From the NCBI GenBank assembly GCA_043818415.1, contig JBDRFW010000133.1, forward strand, positions 1-32,062: a stretch of 32,062 bases of DNA, given 5' to 3'. The position numbers were made by a program, and so were the translations under genes. This document shows, one piece after another, positions 23,971-32,062 of this stretch. The notes under the pieces are model-generated. The model worked only from the letters and a program-made list of their open reading frames with translations, was not told the origin of the DNA and searched no databases. This DNA comes from Chloroflexota bacterium (GTDB lineage Bacteria > Chloroflexota > Dehalococcoidia > Dehalococcoidales > RBG-16-60-22). Position 1 is the stretch's first letter, and each line of letters starts with the position of its first letter.

Positions 23971-24759
23971 TCAGCTGACCAGGACGCAGTTATTGAGGAT
24001 GATGTTCTTACTGAAGCCGTCATACTTGCCGCGCACCATCACCGTCTGCCCCTCGTTGAGGCGGTTCAGCTGGTTGACGCTTTCCTTGCCGAAGGTGCAG
24101 CGCACGCTCCAGACAACCTTGCCGCTGGCGCCGGTAAGCACGATATAGCGGATTTCCAGGTGCTCCCGGACGAACACCTTGGCCACCATCCCCTCCACCA
24201 GCAGCGTTTTACCCATGAACTTCTCATGGGCGACTACCTTGTTGGCCTTGAAAATCCTGTCCAGCTGGTCGACGGTGACCTCTACCCCCTCGGCCACCGC
24301 CTCTAGCTTCGGGGATGGCCGCAGCTCGGGTTCAGGCTCCGGCTCGGGTTCAGGCTCCGGCTCGGGTTCAGGCTCGGATTCAGGCTCAAGTTCCGGCTCG
24401 GGTTCTGGTTCCGTTTCAGGAGCGGGTTCTGGCTCGGGAGCGGGTTTTGCCCTGGCTTTGGGCCGGGCTTTTTGCCGGGGTTTGGGCGCGGGTTTGGGTG
24501 CCGGTTCCGGTTCTGGCTCAGCCTCCGGCTCGGGTTCAGGCTCTGGTTCAGGCTCCGGCCGTGGCTTACGCTCAAAGGTAAAGTCCGGCTCCGGCGACGG
24601 TGTTACCGATTTCCAGCCCGCGCTCCGCTCTTCCTGCAGCTGTTTATAGGTCTTATCTATCTTTTTATAGGCGCGGGAGATAAGGGGATAGCCGCACCAC
24701 TGGCAGACCCAGTCTTCGGTCCGCATCGTCTGACGGCCACAGTTAGAACAAGCTGGCAT
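23971..24759 (-). CDS. Zinc-ribbon / Pro-Glu repeat linker / OB-fold (tRNA_anti-like) protein
   Basis: N-terminus '[23 protein letters not shown]'. About 100 aa of (EP)n with a basic [18 protein letters not shown] centre. C-terminus '[26 protein letters not shown].....[43 protein letters not shown]' matches the tRNA_anti-like OB pattern. ATG 24759 has GGGGA upstream. The track starts at 24774. Confidence 0.7.
   Translation of the reverse strand: MPACSNCGRQTMRTEDWVCQWCGYPLISRAYKKIDKTYKQLQEERSAGWKSVTPSPEPDFTFERKPRPEPEPEPEPEPEAEPEPEPAPKPAPKPRQKARPKARAKPAPEPEPAPETEPEPEPELEPESEPEPEPEPEPEPEPEPELRPSPKLEAVAEGVEVTVDQLDRIFKANKVVAHEKFMGKTLLVEGMVAKVFVREHLEIRYIVLTGASGKVVWSVRCTFGKESVNQLNRLNEGQTVMVRGKYDGFSKNIILNNCVLVS
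24325..24558. repeat. Imperfect tandem 18-nt (6-codon) repeats encoding the PE linker
   Basis: ctcgggttcaggctccgg is exact at 24325-24342 and 24343-24360. Degenerate copies follow to ~24415 and recur at 24529-24558. Confidence 0.85.
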
Positions 24760-24877
24760 GATAATTCCCCACACATAGAATACATATCAACATGGCGGCT
24801 TGTCAACCTGTCCACCGCAGGATTTCACTATCGACTTACCCGTTTCCCGTAAAAAACGCGTTACCCCCCATCGTAAT

Positions 24878-24899
24878 AGTTAACACTCTAGTATTAACT
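24878..24899. promoter_or_regulatory. Near-palindromic 22-mer upstream of the dnaJ promoter, a candidate operator
   Basis: AGTTAACACTCTAGTATTAACT is self-complementary at 18 of 22 positions, with outer AGTTAA/TTAACT perfect. It ends 14 nt before the -35 element. Confidence 0.3.
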
Positions 24900-24913
24900 T
24901 ATTTAATTAAATT

Positions 24914-24942
24914 TTGACACATAACCTATAACGCCGTATAAT
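24914..24942 (+). promoter_or_regulatory. Consensus sigma70-type promoter of the dnaJ-hspR-clp operon
   Basis: TTGACA (24914-24919), a 17-nt spacer, then TATAAT (24937-24942). Both hexamers are perfect. The promoter is 30 nt upstream of ATG 24973, with an AT-rich UP-like tract upstream. Confidence 0.7.
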
Positions 24943-24972
24943 ATAAGTAATGCTGCTGCGGAGATAGAGACC

Positions 24973-25968
24973 ATGGCTGGTAAAAATTACTACGATATAC
25001 TGGGGGTCAGGAAGGACGCCACGGAGAAGGACCTGAAACAGGCCTACCGGCGCCTGGCCCGCAAGTACCACCCGGACGTCAATCCCGGCGATAATACCGC
25101 CGAGGCCAGGTTCAAGGAGATAAACGAGGCCTACGAGATACTTTCCGACAAGGAAAGCCGGAAGAAGTACGATAAGTACGGCGACAAGTGGCAGTACGCC
25201 GACCAGTTCGAGCAGGCGGCCCGGGAGCAGTCGCAATACCGGGACTTCGCCCCCGGCGGCGGCGCCTACCACTTCAGCGGCGATATCGGCGACATGGACA
25301 GCCTCTTCGACGAGATGTTCGGGAGCGCCCGCGGTCGCACCTCTTTCCGGCAGGCCCGGCCGCGGCGCGGGCAGGACCTGGAATCGCCGGTGGAGGTAAC
25401 CCTGGAGGAAGCCTTCCACGGCACCACCCGAACCCTCAGTCTCCAGGTGGAAGAACCCTGCCCGGTCTGCAGAGGCAGCGGGCGTATCCAGAACCTCCCC
25501 TGTTCCAACTGCCGCGGCGCCGGCATGGTGGCGGGCGTCAAGCGCCTGGAGGTGAAAATACCGGCGGGCGTCCATACCGGCTCCCGCGTGCGCATCGCCG
25601 GCAAGGGGCAGCCCAGCTACGGCGGCGGGACCGCCGGTGACCTTTTCCTCAAAATCACGGTAAGGTCGCACCCCACCTTCGAGAGGCACGGCGATAACCT
25701 GCACGTTACCGTCCCGGTGGCCCTGGCCACTGCCGTGCTCGGCGGGGAAGTCCAGGTACCCGCCCCGCGGGGCGGCAAGCTGGCCCTGAAGATTCCGGCG
25801 GAGACCCAGAACGGGCGCGTCTTCCGCCTCGCCGGACAGGGCATGCCCGGTCTCGGCAAGTCCACCCGGGGCGACATCCTGGCCAGGATTAACGTGGTCC
25901 TGCCCACCGGGCTCTCCGAGAAAGAAAAGGAACTATTCAAGCAGCTGAGCGAGATACGGCCGGCCTGA
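24973..25968 (+). CDS. dnaJ: DnaJ-class co-chaperone with a half-size zinc-finger region
   Basis: J domain 'YYDILGVRKDATEKDLKQAYRRLARKYHPDVNPGD'. Only two CxxCxGxG motifs ('CPVCRGSG...CSNCRGAG'). DnaJ C-terminal domains. Confidence 0.9.
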   Translation: MAGKNYYDILGVRKDATEKDLKQAYRRLARKYHPDVNPGDNTAEARFKEINEAYEILSDKESRKKYDKYGDKWQYADQFEQAAREQSQYRDFAPGGGAYHFSGDIGDMDSLFDEMFGSARGRTSFRQARPRRGQDLESPVEVTLEEAFHGTTRTLSLQVEEPCPVCRGSGRIQNLPCSNCRGAGMVAGVKRLEVKIPAGVHTGSRVRIAGKGQPSYGGGTAGDLFLKITVRSHPTFERHGDNLHVTVPVALATAVLGGEVQVPAPRGGKLALKIPAETQNGRVFRLAGQGMPGLGKSTRGDILARINVVLPTGLSEKEKELFKQLSEIRPA

Positions 25969-25980
25969 CGGTAAATCGAG

Positions 25981-26301
25981 GTGACCATGAACGAAGATAA
26001 ATATTATTCCGAGCCGCGCTACGTTATCAGCGTGGCGGCCAGAATGCTGGACATGCAGACGTATACCCTGCGCTATTACGAGAAGGTCGGCATCATCGAG
26101 CCGCGCCGCTCCCAGGGTAACGTCCGACTCTATTCGGACCGGGACATCGCCCTCCTCCAGCGAGCAAAGTCGCTGGTGGAAGACATGGGCATCAACCTGC
26201 CGGGGGTGGAGGTCATTCTGCGCATGATGGAGCATGTCGGCCAGCTCCAGAGCGAGCTGGAACAGGCCTACGAAGAGCTAAAACAACTGAAGCGAGGTTA
26301 G
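25981..26301 (+). CDS. hspR: MerR-family heat-shock repressor, HspR-like
   Basis: 'YVISVAARMLDMQTYTLRYYEKVGIIEPRRSQGNVRLYSDRDIALL' is a MerR HTH. Its position between dnaJ and a Clp/Hsp100 gene fits HspR. The likely start is ATG 25987, with GAGGTG upstream. Confidence 0.8.
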   Translation: MTMNEDKYYSEPRYVISVAARMLDMQTYTLRYYEKVGIIEPRRSQGNVRLYSDRDIALLQRAKSLVEDMGINLPGVEVILRMMEHVGQLQSELEQAYEELKQLKRG

Positions 26302-26306
26302 TAACC

Positions 26307-28757
26307 ATGAGACAGGAAAGATTTACGGAACAGGCACAGGAATCCATCCAGGCGTCCCAGCAGATGGCCATGCAGTTCAAGCACAGCCAGTGGGACGTGG
26401 AGCATATTCTGCTGGCCCTGCTCGTGCAGAGACAGGGGCTGGTCGGAGAAATTTTAAAAGGGCTCAATGTTGACGTCGAGACGGTAAGGAACCGCGTGGA
26501 CGAGGTCCTGCAAAAGACCCCCAAGGTCACCTACCAGACGGGGCAGATTTACGCCACCCCGCGCATCGCCGGGCTGATGAGCCGCGCCGAGGAAGAAGCC
26601 AACCGGCTCAAGGACGAGTTCATCAGCACGGAGCACCTGCTCATCGCCATGTTCGGCGATGACAAGGGTGACGCCGCCCATATTCTCGAGAGCGTTGGCA
26701 TGACCCAGGAGAAAGTATACGCCGCCCTGAAGAAACTGCGCGGCGCCCACCGGGTCACGGATGCCCACGCGGAAAGCAAGTACCGCGCCCTCCAGAAGTA
26801 CGGGCGCGACCTCACGGAGATGGCCCGCCAGGGCAAGCTCGACCCCGTTATCGGCCGCGACGAGGAAATCCGGCGGGTCATGCAGATACTTACCCGCCGC
26901 ACCAAGAACAATCCGGTCATCGTCGGTGACGCCGGGGTCGGCAAGACGGCCATCGCCGAAGGGCTCTCCCAGAAGATAGCCGCCGACGACGTCCCCGATT
27001 CCCTCAAGGGGCGCAAGGTCATCGCCCTGGACATGGGGGCGCTGGTGGCCGGCAGCAAGTTCCGCGGCGAGTTCGAGGAGAGGCTCAAGGCCGTCATGGA
27101 CGAGGTCAGGGAAGCCGGGGGCGAGGTCATCCTGTTCATCGACGAGATTCATACCGTCGTCGGTGCCGGCGCCGCCGAAGGCTCCATCGACGCCAGCAAC
27201 ATGCTCAAGCCGGCGCTTTCCCACGGCGAGCTCCAGTGCGTCGGCGCCACCACCGTGGACGAGTACCGCAAGTACATCGGTAAGGACAAGGCCCTGGAGC
27301 GACGCTTCCAGCCTGTCTTCATCGACGAGCCCGCCATCGAGGCCAGCATCGAGATACTCCGCGGCCTGCGGCCGAGGTACGAGGCCCACCACAAGATAAA
27401 GATAACCGATGAAGCCCTGGAGGCGGCCGTCAAGCTCAGCCACCGCTACATCTCCGACCGCCACCTGCCGGACAAGGCCATCGACCTCATCGACGAGGCC
27501 TCCAGCAAGCTGCGCATCGATACCGAGAGCGCCCCGCCGGAGGTCAAGAAGATGGAGAAGCGCCTCAGTGAGCTCACCAACGAGCAGGAGGCCGCCGAGC
27601 AGCGCCAGGACTACCAGCGCGTGGCTGAACTGAAATCGGAGCGACTCAAGCTGGAGCCGCAGTACAAGAAGGCGAAGAAAGACTGGTTAAAGAAGGAAAA
27701 AATCAGTGAAGAGGTAACCGCCGAGCACATCGCCAGGCTGATTTCCAACTGGACCTGCATCCCGGTATCCCAGATGCTGGAAGGCGAGGCCGAGAAGCTG
27801 CTCCAAATGGAGGAGCGCATCCACGAGCGCCTCATCGACCAGGAGGAAGCGGTGGGGGCCATCTCGGAGGCTATCCGCCGGAGCCGCGCCGGGCTCAAAG
27901 ACCCGCGCCGGCCCATCGGGAGCTTCATGTTCCTCGGTCCCACCGGCGTCGGTAAGACGGAGCTGGTCAGGACCCTGGCCTGGTTCCTCTTCAACGACGA
28001 GAACGCCATGGTACGCCTGGACATGTCCGAGTACCAGGAGAAGCACACCGTCTCCCGCCTCATCGGCGCCCCGCCCGGCTACATCGGCTACGACGAGGGC
28101 GGCCAGCTCACCGAGGCGGTGCGGCGGCGTCCCTTCCGCGTTATCCTGCTGGACGAGATTGAAAAGGCCCACCCCGAGGTGTTCAATACCCTGCTCCAGA
28201 TTCTCGACGACGGCCGCCTGACTGACGGCCAGGGACGCACCGTGGACTTCAAGAACACGGTCGTCATCATGACCAGCAACGCCGGCGTGGAGCTCATCAA
28301 GAGCGAGGGGCAGATAGGCTTTGCCACGCGCAAGGACGGCGCCAGGGCCGGGCAGGGCTACGAGGCGATGAAGGAAAAGGTCATGGCCGAGGTCAAGAAG
28401 ATCTTCCGCCCGGAATTCCTCAACCGGCTCGACGAGATAATCGTTTTCCACGAGCTGAGCGAGGAACAACTGCGGAAAGTCGTCGACCTCATGGTCAGGG
28501 ACCTGCAGGAGCGCATGGCCGAGCATAAGCTGGGCATCGAGCTGACGGAGAAGGCCAAGTCGTGGCTGGCCAAGGAGGGCTACGACCCCGTTTACGGGGC
28601 GCGCCCGCTGCGGCGCGTCATCGAGCGCTACGTGGAGAACCCCGTGTCCAGCCAGGTACTCCGGGGAGAACTCAAGGAAGGCGATACGGTCACGGTCAAC
28701 CTGGGCAAGGCAGGCCTGACCTTTAAGAAGACGGCGGCGGCGAAGGTCGCCGCCTGA
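26307..28757 (+). CDS. Hsp100/Clp double-AAA+ chaperone, ClpB-like sequence with ClpC-like architecture
   Basis: 816 aa. '[41 protein letters not shown]' is present, with two Walker A/B modules. It has a short (~60 aa) middle domain and an 'IGF' tripeptide in D2. Confidence 0.92.
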   Translation: MRQERFTEQAQESIQASQQMAMQFKHSQWDVEHILLALLVQRQGLVGEILKGLNVDVETVRNRVDEVLQKTPKVTYQTGQIYATPRIAGLMSRAEEEANRLKDEFISTEHLLIAMFGDDKGDAAHILESVGMTQEKVYAALKKLRGAHRVTDAHAESKYRALQKYGRDLTEMARQGKLDPVIGRDEEIRRVMQILTRRTKNNPVIVGDAGVGKTAIAEGLSQKIAADDVPDSLKGRKVIALDMGALVAGSKFRGEFEERLKAVMDEVREAGGEVILFIDEIHTVVGAGAAEGSIDASNMLKPALSHGELQCVGATTVDEYRKYIGKDKALERRFQPVFIDEPAIEASIEILRGLRPRYEAHHKIKITDEALEAAVKLSHRYISDRHLPDKAIDLIDEASSKLRIDTESAPPEVKKMEKRLSELTNEQEAAEQRQDYQRVAELKSERLKLEPQYKKAKKDWLKKEKISEEVTAEHIARLISNWTCIPVSQMLEGEAEKLLQMEERIHERLIDQEEAVGAISEAIRRSRAGLKDPRRPIGSFMFLGPTGVGKTELVRTLAWFLFNDENAMVRLDMSEYQEKHTVSRLIGAPPGYIGYDEGGQLTEAVRRRPFRVILLDEIEKAHPEVFNTLLQILDDGRLTDGQGRTVDFKNTVVIMTSNAGVELIKSEGQIGFATRKDGARAGQGYEAMKEKVMAEVKKIFRPEFLNRLDEIIVFHELSEEQLRKVVDLMVRDLQERMAEHKLGIELTEKAKSWLAKEGYDPVYGARPLRRVIERYVENPVSSQVLRGELKEGDTVTVNLGKAGLTFKKTAAAKVAA

Positions 28758-28788
28758 CCCTCCCGGCCGGGGTGCTGACGGGATAGAA

Positions 28789-28824
28789 ACAGGCTTCGTC
28801 TCCCCGCGGTGGCACGAAGCCTGT
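28789..28824 (+). terminator. Stem-loop after the clp gene, a possible terminator
   Basis: acaggcttcgt (28789-28799) and acgaagcctgt (28814-28824) form an 11-bp perfect stem with a 14-nt loop. There is no U-tract. TATAAT at 28833-28838 follows. Confidence 0.4.
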
Positions 28825-28849
28825 GCCAGGTGTATAATAGAGCGACATC

Positions 28850-29497
28850 ATGGGAAAGCAAGCGCCGTTGAAAAACCCTGCCGGCAGCACCCCTATTCCC
28901 GCCGCGGAAAAAACCCGGCCAAAGGCCATCAGGTGGCCCTTCGTCCTCGGTATCATCGGCATCGGTGTCACCCTGATCATGGCGGCGGCCATCGTCTATT
29001 TCAACCAGTACCTACGGGATCTCCAGCACTACGGCTACCTGGGGGCTTTCGTCATCAGCATCCTAGGCGGCGCCACCATCCTGATACCCGTGCCCATGCT
29101 GGCCGTGGTCTTCGCGCTGGGCGGCGTGATGCCGCATCCCTGGCTGGTGGGTCTGACGGCGGCCTTCGGCGAGGTGCTGGGCTCCCTGACCATCTACATG
29201 ACCGGGCACGGGGCCGGCAAAGCCTTGAGCACCAGCAAGCACGGACGGATGCAGTCCGCCTACGAGCGCATGCTGGGACTCATGGAGCGGCGGGGGCCGG
29301 TGACGCTGTTCATGGTGGCCTCGGTCATCAACCCGTTCTTTTACCCGGCGGCGCTGGCGGCCGGAGCGCTGCGCTTCGGCCTGAAGAAATACGTCCCCAT
29401 CGTCTTTGCCGGCAAGTTCGTCAAGTCCATCACCGTAGTCTATGCCGGCTACTTCGGCATCAAGGGCCTGTTCCGGGCCATCGGCATCGACCTGTAA
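28850..29497 (+). CDS. YqaA/DedA-superfamily (VTT domain) membrane protein
   Basis: 215 aa. 'GAFVISILGGATILIPVPMLAVVFALGGVMPHPWLVGLTAAFGEVLGSLTIYMTG' parallels E. coli YqaA as I recall it. Confidence 0.72.
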   Translation: MGKQAPLKNPAGSTPIPAAEKTRPKAIRWPFVLGIIGIGVTLIMAAAIVYFNQYLRDLQHYGYLGAFVISILGGATILIPVPMLAVVFALGGVMPHPWLVGLTAAFGEVLGSLTIYMTGHGAGKALSTSKHGRMQSAYERMLGLMERRGPVTLFMVASVINPFFYPAALAAGALRFGLKKYVPIVFAGKFVKSITVVYAGYFGIKGLFRAIGIDL

Positions 29498-29500
29498 GGC

Positions 29501-30177
<677 letters not shown>

Positions 30178-30266
30178 GGTGGTTCCCCCTCCTGAAATTC
30201 GGCGGCTTTCTTCAGATTGTAGCCCATTTAATCCCGATAAGCAAAGCGCCCCCTTAAAAGAGAGAA

Positions 30267-30321
30267 GGGGCCGGGCTAACCCTCGAGGCCTTGCTTCAAC
30301 CTCGAGGACTGGCCGGGCCCC
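30267..30321. other. Composite GC-rich stem-loop in a divergent intergenic region
   Basis: Outer arms ggggccgggc (30267-30276) and gccgggcccc (30312-30321) pair at 9 of 10 positions. Inner arms cctcgagg (30281-30288) and cctcgagg (30300-30307) form an 8-bp perfect stem with an 11-nt loop. An alternative hairpin cccctt-N9-aagggg overlaps the left arm. Confidence 0.5.
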
Positions 30322-30505
30322 TTGCTCTTCTGGGCCTTTATCAAGCTGGGGAACAACTTGATTATTAACAGGATAGCACCCGCGCCGTAAACAAGGCATA
30401 AACATCCCCGACGCCGGCGTAAACAAGCCGTATAAATTTACCTGCCGGGCCAGCCGGTCCGGCTTGCGGAGAGACACTCGTTTATGCTACATTGAGAGTG
30501 ACCAC

Positions 30506-30578
30506 GGGGCCGTAGTTCACTTGGGAGAACGTTTGACTGGCAGTCAAAAGGTAGGGGGTTCGAATCCCCCCGGCTCCA
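30506..30578 (+). tRNA. tRNA-Ala (anticodon GGC)
   Basis: 73 nt. Acceptor GGGGCCG/CGGCTCC includes the G3:U70 alanine identity pair. Anticodon arm TTTGA-CTGGCAG-TCAAA. T arm GGGGGTTCGAATCCCCC. Discriminator A. CCA is not encoded. Confidence 0.93.
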
Positions 30579-32062
30579 TTTTTTAGAAAAAGTAAGTGGT
30601 TCTCTTGAGGAGCTACCGCTCAGAGACCTGCTGGTGGCACTGCTCGGACCGGAGGGGAGGCGCAGGGTGCAACTAAGGAACCTGCCAAACGATAAGCTGT
30701 TCGCGATGTACCAGGTGGACCTGATACTCCGCATCAGGAATGATAAAAACTTCCAGAACATCCTCAATCTCCTGACCCGTTTCAAAGATTTCCTCGGGTC
30801 CTATCCACCCTCGGCAGAACTAGCCAAGGGTTTTCTGGCTCAATATACAGGCTTGAGGCCTCACACCTGGTATAACTACGTGGGGGAGATAAAACGCTTC
30901 ATGGCCTGGTACGGCGAGCCAATCGCCCTTAAAGCCAAACTTCCCAAGACTCTGCCGCCCTACCACGAAGACCGCGACGTCGAATCCTTATTGAAAGTCA
31001 TACAGCAGAAGAAGACACATAAAAAGATGATACCCCGAGACACGCTGCTCGTGGAGCTGGACTGGAAGACCGGATTGAGAAGAGCGGAGTTGTCTAACCT
31101 CGAGGCGAGGGATATTCACTCCGATTTTCTCATGGTTCGTTCCGGCAAAGGGCAAAAAGACAGGCCGATACCGCTGGCGCCCGCTATAGCAGAAAAGTTA
31201 CATAACTTTACCAAGGAGATGAAGCCTAATGAGAAGGTCTTCAAGCTAAATCCCACTTCCCTGGGAATGAAGATAAAGGACCTCGCTAAAAGAGCCGGCC
31301 TGGATGACTTTCACTGTCACAGCTTGCGGCACAAATTCGCTACCGACCTTTTGGACCATGGGGCTGATATCCGCGCGGTCCAGCAGTTGTTGGGGCATAC
31401 GAACCTCAATACCACTCAAGTCTATCTGGCGGTAACAGACAAGAGCTTACGGGAGGCGGTTAACAGGTTAGAACCGAACTCCGAGGAGCGCATAAAGTCT
31501 GATACTAAACTCCAAGAAATTCTCCAAGATAAAGTGCTGTTATACAAGCCAACATCTGAAATTGGCCTGGCATATCGAATGCTCTTAGACGAGTTTCGAG
31601 CGCAGCAGCCGCACTAGGGGCCACGTTAGGGGCAGAACCACGCCGACCCATCCCGGCGGAGCTGGTGCAGTGTGCCGGCTCTGTCTTTTCTTTCATGGTG
31701 CCACCATACTCAAATACGGGTATTGTCCCACCTGACCAATGTCCTCAATACATCAAGATTTCGACAACAGCGTGAGGAAAGGGAGAAAAACACCAGAGCT
31801 GCCGGCAAACATTTCAAGCTACAGTTGCACAAAAGCCTTGTTTGATTCACTTACCTGGCGTGTATATATTGCTTATCGGGGAGGTATATATCTTTGAAAA
31901 AAGGTTGGTGGATAAATATAGAAAGGCCGGAATTAGGTGCTTGTGAATCCGTCCTTTTCTTTCAATTAACAAGTAACATTCCAAGCAATTGTTAAACTCT
32001 GACTGCCTGAAGGAAATAAAAGCAAGACCAAAGATGCCTAGGCAGGTCAGCCAATTCAGGCT
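30579..32062 (+). mobile_element. Left end of an integrated element inserted at tRNA-Ala
   Basis: An integrase gene begins 56 nt after the tRNA 3' end. Sequence from here, especially 31618-32062, is visibly more AT-rich and less coding-dense than the rest of the window. The element runs off the window, so the far att repeat is not visible. Confidence 0.65.
30634..31617 (+). CDS. Tyrosine recombinase / phage-type integrase
   Basis: 'TGLRRAELSNL' supplies the Arg, 'HCHSLRHKFATDLL' is HxxR, and 'LLGHTNLNTTQVYL' supplies His and the catalytic Tyr. The start is uncertain: GTG 30634 or ATG 30706. Confidence 0.9.
   Translation: MALLGPEGRRRVQLRNLPNDKLFAMYQVDLILRIRNDKNFQNILNLLTRFKDFLGSYPPSAELAKGFLAQYTGLRPHTWYNYVGEIKRFMAWYGEPIALKAKLPKTLPPYHEDRDVESLLKVIQQKKTHKKMIPRDTLLVELDWKTGLRRAELSNLEARDIHSDFLMVRSGKGQKDRPIPLAPAIAEKLHNFTKEMKPNEKVFKLNPTSLGMKIKDLAKRAGLDDFHCHSLRHKFATDLLDHGADIRAVQQLLGHTNLNTTQVYLAVTDKSLREAVNRLEPNSEERIKSDTKLQEILQDKVLLYKPTSEIGLAYRMLLDEFRAQQPH

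Noticed and set aside
24300-24600. Regularly spaced repeats as a possible CRISPR array.
   Set aside because: The repeats are 18-nt in-frame tandem units with no spacers, inside a well-supported coding region where they encode the PE linker.
24878-24899. Canonical HspR HAIR element (CTTGAGT-N7-ACTCAAG) upstream of dnaJ.
   Set aside because: No match to that consensus occurs in 24775-24972. Only the different dyad is present, and it is reported as a candidate operator at low confidence.
30178-30477. N-terminal 100 codons of track ORF 29878-30477, and ORF 30438-30785 on the minus strand.
   Set aside because: The former lies upstream of a strong RBS+ATG (30177) and signal peptide, and it reads as low-complexity. 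The latter overlaps tRNA-Ala and the integrase antisense strand.

Overview
High-GC bacterial chromosome segment, densely coding, with about 40 genes. I cannot place it taxonomically from sequence alone. The gene content (hydrogenase maturation, Sec machinery, archaeal-type Thi4, HspR-DnaJ-Clp) would fit an anaerobic Chloroflexota-like genome, but that is a guess.

Layout:
1. 1-3500: hypE, a hydrogenase maturation protease, two tatA-type genes and tatC, then tRNA-Sec (selC). hypE is flanked by nested palindromic REP/MITE-like repeats.
2. 3500-7100: an accessory-looking islet directly downstream of selC. It holds two paralogous Cys-less HesB/IscA-like genes whose promoters share a conserved box, an XRE-type HTH gene, a leaderless jacalin-like lectin, two small paralogous helical proteins and a long coiled-coil protein.
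3. 7100-9900: stress and housekeeping genes (CBS pair, UspA, MscS, flavodoxin).
4. 9884-13126, minus strand: selB and selA.
5. 13290-19824, plus strand: a tightly packed run of cysE, thi4, a degenerate archaemetzincin-like protein, a DUF318-type permease with an embedded YHS/TRASH domain, mnmA, MOSC, nadA, cutA and a ThiS/MoaD-like gene. The shared theme is sulfur handling.
6. 19847-23198, minus strand: a 55-aa zinc-ribbon ORF below the ORF-track cutoff, tgt, an acyl-CoA-dehydrogenase-fold protein lacking both canonical catalytic Glu residues, and a CtaB-like prenyltransferase.
7. 23353-29497: Nudix CoA pyrophosphatase, a zinc-ribbon/PE-repeat/OB-fold protein, a dnaJ-hspR-Clp heat-shock operon behind a perfect consensus promoter, and a YqaA/DedA-like gene.
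8. 29501-32062: a frameshifted cyclophilin gene, tRNA-Ala(GGC), and then a tyrosine integrase that opens a more AT-rich island running off the window.

I found no CRISPR array, no rRNA and no split ORF indicating an in-frame UGA selenoprotein. The most unusual material is the duplicated HesB-like module next to selC and the sulfur-trafficking operon with its pseudo-metzincin. Neither can be called a defined new system from sequence alone.
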